Below, piece after piece: positions 47,430-59,895 of a stretch of DNA of 64,000 nucleotides (position 1 is its first letter; every line of letters starts with the position of its first letter). This DNA is from Lingula anatina (Eukaryota > Animalia > Brachiopoda), in the NCBI GenBank assembly GCA_051362555.1, contig CM120649.1, positions 20,102,567 through 20,166,566 of the forward strand. The letters are read 5' to 3'. A model generated the notes under the pieces. It worked only from the letters and a program-made list of their open reading frames with translations, searched no databases and was not told where the DNA came from. The position numbers and the translations under genes were made by a program.

Positions 47430-49417
47430 GGCGTCCACAGGGCCCTGTCCTCAGAACTATGGCGGTCAAGATGCTGGGCCAGGACTTGGACGAGGAAAAC
47501 AAATGATCAGGTACGAGTGTTTGTCTGCTACAGGTACACAGATGTACCCCGCACGTTGACGGTTGACGGTAGAGTGATTTTCATCAAAAGTTTATCTGCT
47601 ACCGGTACTCATATGTACCCCGCACGTTGACGGTTAACGGTACAGTGATTTTCGTGCAATGTTTACGTCAAGACCTCAGGGGGAGTGGTTCTATTGTAAT
47701 CATCATTTGACACCAGATAGACCTCTACCTGTGCTGTATTTTAAGCTAGGTTTACATAGCCCTATAATTATCTGGTGTATTTCACATGTGTAATGTACAC
47801 TAACTCAGGAATCCAATGTTGTTTAATACATGTAAGAGCAGCCATGGTATCACATACCAGTGCCTCGCTATTGTGTGCTGAACTATTTATTGTCTGATGA
47901 ACTTTGTATTCTGATAACTTAACAGTGTGATGAACCTCCATCTACCTAAGTCTTGGTGTAGCAGGTGATATAGCGTATTACTCTCTCTCTCTCTCTCCGT
48001 CTCATAACGTGAGGTTCGTCCGATGAGCTAAAACACCAACATTTCTATTCATCTCATCCATGTCTTGGGCTTCATGTAGTTCTATAGGTTATAATTGCCT
48101 AAATAGGTAAATATTTCCTTTATGTAAAATATATTTAACTATATATAAGTACTGTATAAAGACATCAGAAAAAATTATAAATTTGTTAACTGGTGTGAGA
48201 TTGTGATCGGTTTGGGTGGTAACTTCGTCACAAGCCAATCATTATGATGAACATTTCCATTTAAGGGTGTGAAGTACAATCTACTGCTGCTAGCTTCAAA
48301 TATATTTTGTCTCCAGGGTGTGAGCCTGTTAGTACGGTGTTCTATCAACAGACAAAGATAAATTACTTTAAAGTTTATTTACATCAGAAAACACGTGGAG
48401 AAACTAGTTAAAATATGCTTTTTGTTATCAAAGTAATTTTCTACAAAAAAAATTTTAAACGTAAAAGCGTGGCTTTTGACCGACAGTCGTATGCAGTATA
48501 TACATATGCGGAATGCATTCCACGTAAAGGTTATGAAGAAACACCAAAGTGAAACTATTACAAAATCTGTGAAAACATCGACACCGTTACAGCAATATAT
48601 GTGTAACTCCGAGTGTAACAACTGACCGATTGCGACATTGCGTCCTCAACCTGACACCCTTCACTAGGTACTTGTACCTGGATGGACAGGTCACCTCATC
48701 TTTTGTCATAAGGCTGGGAATAGTGTCCAGTTCCCAGTCCCATACGGAGAGAGGTCCACACCGTTAGATTTACTATGGAGAATCAATATCCAAGGTCAAG
48801 CACTGCACATCACTCAAGTGAAGTGAGAAACCATAAAGTAGTTTCGGAATTTTAAAAGTTTTAAAAAGAGTTTTAGTGCTTGATTAAAATATAAAGACCT
48901 ATAAATATAAATGAAAAAACCAAGTTAAGAAAAGCTATGTAACAGTTCTACAAAGTTTTTAGAAGAAAACACATCTCAATATCATAAGTTCTGACGTAAA
49001 ATCTCTAAAAACAGTATGTAAACGAGTATTCATACATTGCTTAAGATGCTTTCAACTCTATGATCTGCCGTGCCGTGGGCAAATGTCTCGTTCTTAGGAT
49101 AAGTAAACTATTGTGACGTCCCCCCAAGCACGCATTGTGGCGCTAGGAGCAGCCCTGCAGCTAAACAGTGAAATGCGATTCCAAACTTATAAGTAGTTAT
49201 GTACTTAGGTGAGAGAAAAAAATGACTGTTGAAAAGCCAGTGTTGCGAGAGGCAGATCACGTCCGTCTTGCACATAAAATCTGTGATGCAAGTGATATTT
49301 GTGCAGATCAAGATTAAGATGTTACGATGTTACGAAAAGTCCTTAATTCTCCTCGCGTCATTACTAACATGTAGCTCCAATTGTCCGTAACTATGGTAAC
49401 AGTGACGCCATCTAGGT

Positions 49418-52400
49418 TCACACGGGAAGTATGTTGGCCACAGTACCGTCCCTGGCACCCCTGAGGTGCTTCATTAACGCTGAAATATGAGGCAAAACGA
49501 GAACGATAATTTAAACCTGATAAACAAGGCACAAAAAAACTGTTGGAATCACTTTCATAAATAAAAAGATAAATAAAACGTTTTAAGTAGCTTGGGGGCT
49601 TCGAGTTAAACTAAAAACTTTTCCAAGAATATTAAGTTGCACCGAAGAAGTGAACTTTCTCTTCTAAACTGTTTTGTGTATTATACACTAAAATGTTTGA
49701 TTTCAAACAAAACTTGAACGTAGTCAAGAAATAATTATCTAGCATGGGCCAAAACAGGACGTCAAACACGTGGCCCCAACCCTTGCTTTAGTTCCCGCCA
49801 AGGTGTTGTGACGTCACTGTTAACTCACCCACCTTTGTCGCCTTTACTTTTGGCCGCCTTGCGCAGTCTCTGTGACTCCAAATCATTGTTAGCTTGCAGC
49901 AAGAAAAACCTGAGAAAGGTCCATATTCTCAAAGTATTATATCAATACTAAGAACATGAAGATAATCGATTCAGTAGTAACCCAAAGATCTGAGCACAAA
50001 TAAACCTTTGCAAGTGTGACTGTGCCGCTATCTGCCGGACATGAGATAGTTTACAAGGGTATTTGCAAGCTGACAACCAATAAAGAAGTCTAGTCGTTCT
50101 TTGTTAAGAGTAAAACGAAATGCAGATATGTCACATTAACATTAAATCAACTTAACTCATTTATTATAACCTTTGTGCGAGTACGGCGGAAAATGAAACA
50201 TGGATCGACACTGTATTTTAAAATATGTGCTCATGTTGCGCCATTGAATAAAGTCAAAATAACCTTGGGGTGAAAGAATGACTCACTTGATTGCAATCTG
50301 AAGGTGGTAACTCCTCAGGTCTGCTAGCACTATAACACACTGGTTATATGCTAGTTTTACCTTCATCGTGCTCTTGCTTACTGAAAGAAAAAAAATATCG
50401 ATGATATTCTGAAAATATCAACTTGTACAATGATGGTTTACATTCACGTAGTCGAATCCCATTGTGTAACAGTTAATCTTGTCGACCTGTGTTAATACAC
50501 ATCAGTTACTTTATAAATAACTTATTATGGTAAATACTTATATGTATGTATATATATATATATATATATACTGAGCTTCAGACGCTCGCAGTGCCTCAGG
50601 GACGGGCTGTGGCGTTATTTACCATACTGCTTCAGCGACGGTCCTGTGGCTATGGCGTTTTTTACCGTACTGCTTCAGCGACGGTCCTGTGGCTGTGGCG
50701 TTATTTACCATACTGCTTCAGCGACGATCCTGTGGCTATGGCGTTACTTACCGTACAGTGTACTTCCTCAGCGACGGCCCGGTGGCTATGGCGTTATTTA
50801 CTGTACTGCTTCAGCGGCGGTCCTGTGGCTTTGGCGTTACTTACCGTACTGCCTCAGCGACGGCCCGGTGGCTATGGCGTTACTTACCGTACTTCCTCAG
50901 CGACGGTCCTGTGGCTATGGCGTTATTTACCGTAATGCTTCAGCGACGGTCCTGTGGCTATGGCGTGATTTACCGTACTGCTTCAGCGACGGTCCTGTGG
51001 CTATGGCGTGATTTACCGTACTGCTTCAGCGACGGTCCGGTGGCTATGGCGTTACTTACCGTACTGCTTCAGCGACGGTCCGGTGGCTATGGCGTTACTT
51101 ACCGTACTTCCTCAGCGACGGTCTGGTGGCTATGGCGTTACTTACCGTACTTCCTCAGCGACGGTCCGGTGGCTATGGCGTTCAAAAGAGACCGGTGACA
51201 GCTAGGCATGTAGTCGCGCATGCTCTTCAGGTGGGAAGCTACGTCTAGAAATCGAAATTTCTCCTCTATATAATAGTGAGACCGCCGGTTTAAGATATTA
51301 GTGACAACCATTTTTTTATTAGTAGGAACAATTCTAATAAGTGTAAACAAAGGAGCCGGTGAGGTGTATTGGTAGACGAATTGTTGGCCTATTGTATGAA
51401 TGTTTTAAAAAGATGTTCATATAATACATGAAGGCGCATGGAATCCTGGCTATGCTTTTATAACCATGTCTCACCCTTTGTGTGTTTTATCCCTAGCACC
51501 GTGTCGAATGCTTGCACTATGGGGCTATGGCCGGCACTGCAGCCTAGATACTGGAATAGAACAGAGAAGATCGTGACGTAATCTAGACCGTTGCTGACGT
51601 CATACTTCTTCCGTCTTGATCAATCTATTGACAGCACGGTCAAAACTAAATATCAAACGCTAACTAGTTTTGCTTTAATGTATATTAAGGTATGCGTACG
51701 TGTAGCGGAGCCTTCTTGACACCTTCATAAATCAGCCCCTTAGGAAGCAGTGGAGTATGGCTTCCCCAGCTGAAATGATGGAATATAGACACCAGCTGGA
51801 GCAAATGACGTCAGCATAACTGAACATTTGAGGTACTCAGTTAGTCGGTATTGCACCATTTTTGCACCATTAAATTCACTCTTTCTATTAAGTATTTGAA
51901 TTCAAAAGGTTTATCAAAATTAAAATGCCACACGTTGCTAAGATTAGAAAAAAGTATTAAGGTATTTCATTTGCTTTCCACATCTATATAAAAGCATTGG
52001 ATAAATTTGGTTTCATTTACTTTTACAGTGTGAATTTATGAACAGCAACATATCAGCTGTCCACTGTGTAACAGCAATATCAAATGTATTTTGATATCTT
52101 ACCCTTCATAAAATGGCCTCAGGATTTTATAAAAAGCATAAGGATCCAGTTTCTCTGAAATAGAAAAATTAAAACATAAACCCGTTACTAAATATAAAAT
52201 GTGAATTTGGATGTGACGTTCAAATGTCAGTGACACTGTACGAAGATGTCAATGTATGTTTGTGTAGATACATCTGAGGCAAACAATGTTTACCCACGTG
52301 TCTTTACAGACGTCTGTTTAAGGATTTTCTTACGCTTACTTGGTTTAATTACATACTTTATTCATATTTTTCCACTTAAAACAGGACAATATCTGAAATA

Positions 52401-55400
52401 TCTGAATCATTTTCTGACATGACCGTGCTGGCTGTTGGAGAAGCCAGCTACTCTGAGTGTAGAGCGGGAAGACGGTGGTTGTATACTATGGATACGGGAA
52501 TAAAGAGCAAATAATCCTTTTACTATTTCCACTGGTCACCTTTGCTACGAAAATCAAAACACAGAAATAAAAAGAATTAAAAAGGAAATGAAATTAATGT
52601 AGTTATAATGGCGTGCGTCGCCACCGTTTATCAAGAATTACCATGTAACATAGATAAGGTATCCTCCATCCTTTGGATAGTGTCCTCTATACTTGCTAGT
52701 GCTGAAACCAGGCCGGTATTATCACCGGACTCCACCGAGTCGAACGCTTTGATAAAATACTGAAAGTTGTGGAAAATAACACTGATCACATACTGGGTAC
52801 TATATGCACAGGAAGTATTGCAGTTTTGCATGCAGACAGGAGGCATTCGTCAAATACGGGTGTCAAATCAATCTCTGTTTATTGGTCGCACAGAGACATT
52901 GAACCTACTGAACTTCTTCGAAAGGTGAAGCATGAATTTGCTTTTAGGTGGTTATTTGCTAATGCTAAATGATTTAACAATAACAAAATTGAATGAACCA
53001 AAGGAATAAAATCTACAAAAGAGTTTAATAAATAAAAACAGAAAAGATTAAAGAAGGCAAACCGATTTACCATTTTTGTTAAAATCACTGGCTTAAGAAC
53101 CCTGACATTTTGTGTTTTACCTTAAACACGCATGCGTGTTCCAGTTCCACTTGTACTGCCACGTGATTGTACCATTCGGTCCTAGGACTGCCTGGCACGT
53201 GACAGATCATGTCCAGGGGACTGCCCAGAACAGGGAATGGAGGTCATAATAATTATTGGTATAATGTATATGATTCACTGATGTTATAAATGTAATCAAT
53301 ACATAACGAATTTAATTAATAAATAGAATGAATTTGATAAATAGACATAATGATATAATAAACATTATTAACAGAAATGATAATAATAATTTATACATAT
53401 AATTAAAATAATCAATAGTTAAAATGGATATAATTCTAATCGTTAAAATAACTATCCCTTCTACACTCTTGCTTATGATCATGTATTTTCTGATCACCAT
53501 AATGATCCCTCTCTAGCAGGGGCGGATCCAGAGATATTTTCTGACAGTCTTCCGAATTATCATTGTTGATCCGTCCTCCATTTTTGATTGTCTTCCGACA
53601 GAAAAAAATAGATACCCGTCAATGTAAATCTGACCGTCTTCCAAAAGACCCGAAGGCGGCCTCAATCCATCCCTGTCTGGCATCCTCACCACTGCAGTCT
53701 TCAGTCGTTGATTGGAATAGTTAGTTTGATAGTAAAGAGCTTGTTATTATTGTTGTTTGACTCACCAAAATTCAATTTTCCTTTTATTTACCTGGCGAGT
53801 AACAGTACAGTGATTTACCTTGCACGGGAGGCGTAGTGCCAGTTGGCCAGCATGTCCAGACAGCAGTAGACCGGTTTAAGTCCAAGGTACTCGGACACGT
53901 GATACCAGGGCACAGCAATACAGCGGGGGAGAACCTGGCGGCGGAGAGATGTACATTATGTTAGACGTCCAGTCAGACTTCATCAAACTTTGTCACATCT
54001 AACACAACCTCATTCCCTGATGAAGTCTGACTGCAAGCAGACAAAATATTGGCTGGTAAGACAAGACAAATATAAGAAGCTATAGACAAAGGAATCTTCA
54101 CAAGTCTATGACAATAACATAGCTAATGAAACTGATCTACAACAGTCCTGCCAATGTACTGCCCACTGCACGCCGTCAGCCTGTTTTCTTTAAACCAAAA
54201 TCTGTGCAGCTGCGGCTTGTATCAGAGTTGCACCAATTTCAGTTGCTTAAACAGCACGTACCTTTGGGACGCCCACCTCTCCCTCCTGCCATACAAAGCT
54301 GTGAGCTATGGTGGACAGCAGCAGGTGCGCCAGGCAGTACTCTCTGTATCCGTTCAGCTTGGTGTGGTCCAGGCACGGCATCTACAGGTAAGATAGATAG
54401 AATACTGTAGGGGGATGGACTGAATCTCATCCCCATATTTACAAAAATGACACGCCTCCTTGAACATCTAGAGGCGTTTTAAGTTTTAAGTTAAAACTTC
54501 CGTGTGCTGCTCGAGGCAGCATCTGATTGCATTTAGCGAGAGTTCCCAGAGTTGGATCGTTCTGCCTAGTACGATAGTTAGGGCGTATTCCCATAGATTT
54601 TAGATCGATCTATCCCCGGCCCCAGATTACTGTCAGATAATCCGGCTTAAATGTCCGTCCCGCCTACTGCAAGCTGTAAGGGGGTAATTAACTTTCGTGC
54701 CCGCTCGGCTGACAGCTATTTAGCGTGAACCCCCAGGGAGTTAGGTCGATCTAGTTTGGATCGATCTAAACTCTGGGAATGGGGTCTTACATCAGTACGC
54801 ACCCTAAGTAAAGGGTACATATGTGGAATTTGATATAAGAGCAAAACTGAACCTTCCTTTACGTCATGAGTTGATATAGAGCTAGTATAATTACATATTG
54901 AATTCAGTTGTAAATCTTACAGTTTTTGTTTGAGAAAAAAATTTGATCAACAAAAACAACAGTCAAAAATAAAACGCAAACGCCTGAATAACTTCTACAT
55001 GTGTGTGTACTTACCAAGGCAACCTCATTGCGTAAATCTTTTGCCTGCATCAGGGACCAGGCGTTTTTTCCTATATCATTCCAAATGTGAAAGTAGTTTG
55101 GAAGTTCTGTCTGTAAATATAAAAATGGTTTAACAGTAATAAACAGACAAAGGATTCACTTGGAAAGATCAAAATTAGGTCCTGACTACGAGGCGTTGGT
55201 TATACTTTTTCACGACAGGATCCCGCTAACGGTCTTTCTACAGCGATAGGAATTATAAAATAACCCACTGAGATGCAACATAAGTAATAAATGGTGTAAC
55301 GAGAAGTTAAAGTGAATTCGCTTAAGACTGATTGACCTCATTCGTGAGAATCTCCCTCAGTTCACTTGATGGTAAAACAACCCTATCCATATCTACAAGG

Positions 55401-56248
55401 CATAAAGCCATTTAAGAAATGCCAATGATCATTATCAATAAAAATCACAAGGAAACAAGGTATGTCATGTGCTCTCAAATGGGCGGGGCAGACATACAGG
55501 TGTCTGCTAATGACGGCCTTTAAGGACCCGTCGGCTCATTAGGAAGAGGTAATTAAGGTTAGAAGGTGTGACTGGAATTAGCCGCACGGTAAAATGCAGA
55601 GTAAACTGTTAAGTCGATCAAGGTTTGTGGCTTTCTTGATACACCTGTATGTTTTGTTATGCCTTTACATTTTCTTCATGGCAACATCATTTTGTTAGGA
55701 AATAAACCTGACAACAAATAAAAACTTTTCCGTATAAAGATGTTCCTACAGATGTTTTCTACAGAAACCGCGCGTTTACTTCATTAAACTGTACGTATTT
55801 TATAATGTCCCACTGACAAGGCTTTGTGTATGAATATCCTTCAAATCAACTTATCTTTCCAAATTTGTACCTTAAAAACGACAAAATAACTCAATTAAAG
55901 TACTACATGCAGAAGCAATCGTGAAATAGAAATTATTTGCACGCCGCTCCTATGCTTTTAGTATTGATAAGATGTAACACAAGCCCATACATAACTTAAG
56001 TAGCAGTAAATAAATAGTTTCATTTGTCAACAGCTATAGAAACTGTAACTGAATCCTACCAACCAATATTCTCCGTAGCAATGATTGCTATTTATTCTGC
56101 CCGACAGCGTTATATCATGTGGCCATTTGCTAAAATGTAGTAAAACAGATATTCTCACCAGTGGCTGCTCGAAAGCAAATCCATAATCCAGGGATACCTT
56201 GAAGTCGTGAAGCCTTTTCCACCACGGTGTCTTAGGGTTGGATCCCAT
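49418..56248 (-). CDS. Indoleamine 2,3-dioxygenase-like protein, copy B (divergent active-site loops)
   Basis: MGSNPK...VSLDYGFAFEQPL|TELPNYF...|MPCLD...LAHLLL...FVW|VLPRCIAVPW...LANW|...VAVQVE|...DPYAFYKILRPFYEG|W...PKGLIYEG|YLGCSAGHSPIVQAFDTVLG|...MRDYMPSCHRSLL...PSLRKY|...YNQC...LRSYHLQI|...KSKGDKV|ALMKHLRGARDGT...*. Exon phases match copy A. Confidence 0.88.
50601..51182 (-). repeat. 43-bp x13 array spanning an IDO-B donor
   Basis: Unit AACGCCATAGCCACCGGACCGTCGCTGAGGAAGTACG|GTAAGT; donors from 51145 down to 50622. Confidence 0.93.
53517..53675. mobile_element. Possible small MITE (CAGGGGCGGATCCAG ... ATCCATCCCTG)
   Basis: Imperfect terminal inverted repeat; no clear target-site duplication. 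Confidence 0.4.
54581..54786. mobile_element. PIF/Harbinger-like MITE, copy B
   Basis: TTA target duplication; ends gggcgtattcccatagattttagatcgatc / gatcgatctaaactctgggaatggggtc; homologous to 33411-33625. Confidence 0.78.
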
Positions 56249-57465
56249 GGCTGCCGTTATGTTTTCCTCCCTTTTTGGCTATACAGTGTAGAAACTCTCC
56301 TAGCCAGTGTGGTATTTGGTGTAAGTCCAACTCTTGTCAAGTCATCTGGCAGAGGTCTGGGCAGTCATATCAGCGTCACTTTATCATATAGGGTGTAAAA
56401 ATCAAAGGTACCGAAAGGTGCCCCCTTCGGGCTGTCAATTACGTCACGCCCCGCCCACCCCGCTCCTGAGATGACAATCAATCCACCAGCAAGCCGCTTC
56501 CTTTATTATCATCATGAAATGACAAATGTTATCCAGGCTACGCCCATGCTGTTCCCTAAAATAACTACTACTCTTCTTGTTAGTCTCTACCGAAAGCCTC
56601 ACTGCGCCCTGAATAGGCCTAATGGTTGCAAAGATTGTAGAGCTATAAAGGAGAACGCAGAATTCTGCTACAGGTAAAATAGAGGACCTCCTTTATTCTG
56701 CATGTTTTAAAATATACTTGGTGGTTTACATAGCAAAATTGAGGTTCATAATAAATGTTTCTTTTCTTAAGTTTTGTAGAGGTAGAATGTAAGAAAAAGC
56801 GTATTTCATATTAAATATAAAGGACAGCTAGCTATGCACATAATAAACATTTAACTGTTAAAACATATCATAACACTGGACAAATTTTACTTAATCCTTT
56901 CATCCAATAACACCTACTAATTCTTTGTAAAATTATGATGATATAAGGTTAAAAATGTTACTTAAATTTTAAATCTTTGGTTATTTTTAAACAAAGTTTC
57001 ATGTAATCATGCTCACTTAAATCATCTTAATAATCGATGCAACCATACAAAACAAATAATTTATGATCTCACTCTAATATTTAACATTCAATACATACGA
57101 GAATCAAATAAACTACAAAAAGATGCAACCCTCATATAGTTAATGCAGGTCACTAGTATTGTAACTTTAATAGCGATAACTTATATATAACAATACCATA
57201 TAATCAATGTCCTTTCCTTTTAAAATTATATTAGATATTTGTATTTGTTTTAAACATCAAATTATTTAAAGGCGTTTTGTTAATTAAAAGCATGATGCAT
57301 GAAAATCTAATCATATACATGTAAAAACGTGTACTGGTATTTCTTCAGCCAGTCCCTTCATCATGGAGACGGAGGTTTTGTCTTTTGCAATGTCTATCGA
57401 AGTTTTCACAGTAAGCGTATAACGTGGTGGCTGGTGATGACTATTCTATGTACGGCTGGATGCCT

Positions 57466-59859
57466 CTAACGCCCAATAACTAGGACTCCCGAGTTGGTCT
57501 TCAACTTCAAATCAGAATTTCTCACCTGGGCAAATGAAGCAAAATGATCATATATAAACAAAAACAATACAACAAGGACAGAATCGTACTGTAAAATGCA
57601 TGTGTTACTCTCTTTAGATTGGTAGAAAGTTGACAGAAAGCCCGCGCACGTGTAACTAACAAATCACAATTATCAGTATAACGTCAAAAGTTCCGAAATA
57701 AATATTAAGCAGACGATTAGCGAAAGGATTTTTACCACAAATATTTCCACTAAATATGTGTTCGTGATTAAAAAAAAATTATATCCTGATTTATATCTAT
57801 ATAGCCCACCATTGTTTGCGACTTTATCGCGTCCCCAGCATTGCTGACGACGGTGACCTCTGACCTCAGAGTAACATCCGGTAACGTGGCTCCACCTGGG
57901 GAGAGGAACAGGGTTGCAAACTTGCATTTCCCGCCTTCCACGCGGCACGTGCACTCCGGGGATGCGCACGTTCCATCTGAATTCTGAATTGGATTTAACA
58001 AATAAACATATTGTTGTGTAGATATCGCATTCCTGGTCACTTTACGTGTCAAAGTGGCCATAAGATAAACTTTTTTAACCCATGGTTCCTCTGCTGTGGA
58101 TAAAAGTAGAGAGGAAGCAATACGTTTGTTTTGACCTCTGTACGTTACTACTACTTTCGAAAGATTTTCAATATATAAATATCTAGCGGTGCTGATGACG
58201 TCATTAAAATAAAGGCCAATCACAACTTAGAAACACTCAGATATCGTCACAATATTAAAGCCCTCCATGGCACTGACCGAGTAGTTACGGCCGTACACTG
58301 CGGACCCCGTGCTGAGGATATAAAGTGTCCACTCGATGTAATGGATGCCACTTACTGACTCCTGGGCTTCGACGTGTATTCTGAAATATGTTCCTTTTTG
58401 TATTACTAGTTATAGTTTCAAATGTTTACAATGATAGGAATCATCGCACTAGAATTGAGACTTTCGGTTACTAAAGAAGTAAACGCGTTTTCTTTAATCT
58501 CTCTTGTTGTCTAAACTTCTTGTCCTTGCAGGACGTTGACTGTCAAGGACCTCCACAACTCCCTGTTTTCAGATGAAACACTCATCTTTCTTTAACACAC
58601 CCATCTTTCTTTAATATACAGCTAGAAATTACCTAAGAGCAGGCTACAGCTTGACATAGCAGGATATATGCTTCCCATAGTCAAATCTTGGGCATATATA
58701 TAACGTAATTTTGTCCATGGTTAAAGAATTACAATAACTGGAATACTACTGACCATGTGGTTAAATATATTCACAAAGTAATAGTAGCACACGTTTCTCT
58801 ACTATAACAAAATCAACCTAAAGATATGTTCTGTAAACAATTTACATGTGTTAGAGGAATGACGATATGTTTTTACTAAAGCATTACCTTCCGTTGAATA
58901 CGATCTGACGGCTGATGGTTGGAGTGGAATTATAAACTTTTACTGTAACACTGTCTATTACTTCACTTCCCATGAGGTCAACGGCCTTGACCCAGGCTCT
59001 GATGACCTTAGCTGTCTTAGGGACATGAAGTCTGTACTGTTGCTTGCTCGGATCAGCGACTACCTGCCAACTTGTTGGTTGTGATAATTTGGCAACTGCC
59101 TCAGAGTTGTACATTCCAACAGCAACTAGAAACTTGACAATCCCATTAGTGTTCTGGAAAAGTGCATCTCAAAGTGAAAATGGATATAAGAATAGAACAG
59201 AATTATTTGTAATCTATATTGATGCGATAACTGACATCAGGTAGACGTAATATACAGTAAACCTTACGAAGGCACAGACAATGCACAGTCAAGAAATCGG
59301 AATACAGCGGTACAGACCAACTGTCGTCTCTGTAAACATCGATATTTACCAGTACGCCTGAAATTGACTTGCAGTCATACCCCGGCTCTATGGCAGGTGA
59401 GAAACTACTAATGTCACCCAGGTAACCGTTGTCCTTGAGAAAACGATTCACAAACACATTATGGAAATCTACAGTCACTTCGCCACCAGCTCCATTGGAC
59501 CATCCCCCAGAGCTCCTGACTATCTTGACACGGGCACCTGCTACTAGTTCTGGTTTGTGCTTATTGACGTCATAATACAGAATACATCGCCTAGCCAACG
59601 TGCTGTGACCCGCCTTGTCTTGTACCTTTAATACAACGGAGTACAATCCGTAATGGCTCAGCTTAACGTCTACAGGTAACTTATCACTAGGGTAGACTAC
59701 TGCCTTGATATCTGAACCATTGCTTCTAAGCTCTTCGGTGAGAAACCCATCAGAACCGGTCTTCAGCGGGAAGATCATGTAGGTATAGTTAGATATACCG
59801 GAGGTAGAATCCGCCCAACCGGACCAACTAATACTGAAATTTGCCTATATAACAGAGAG

Positions 59860-59895
<36 letters not shown>

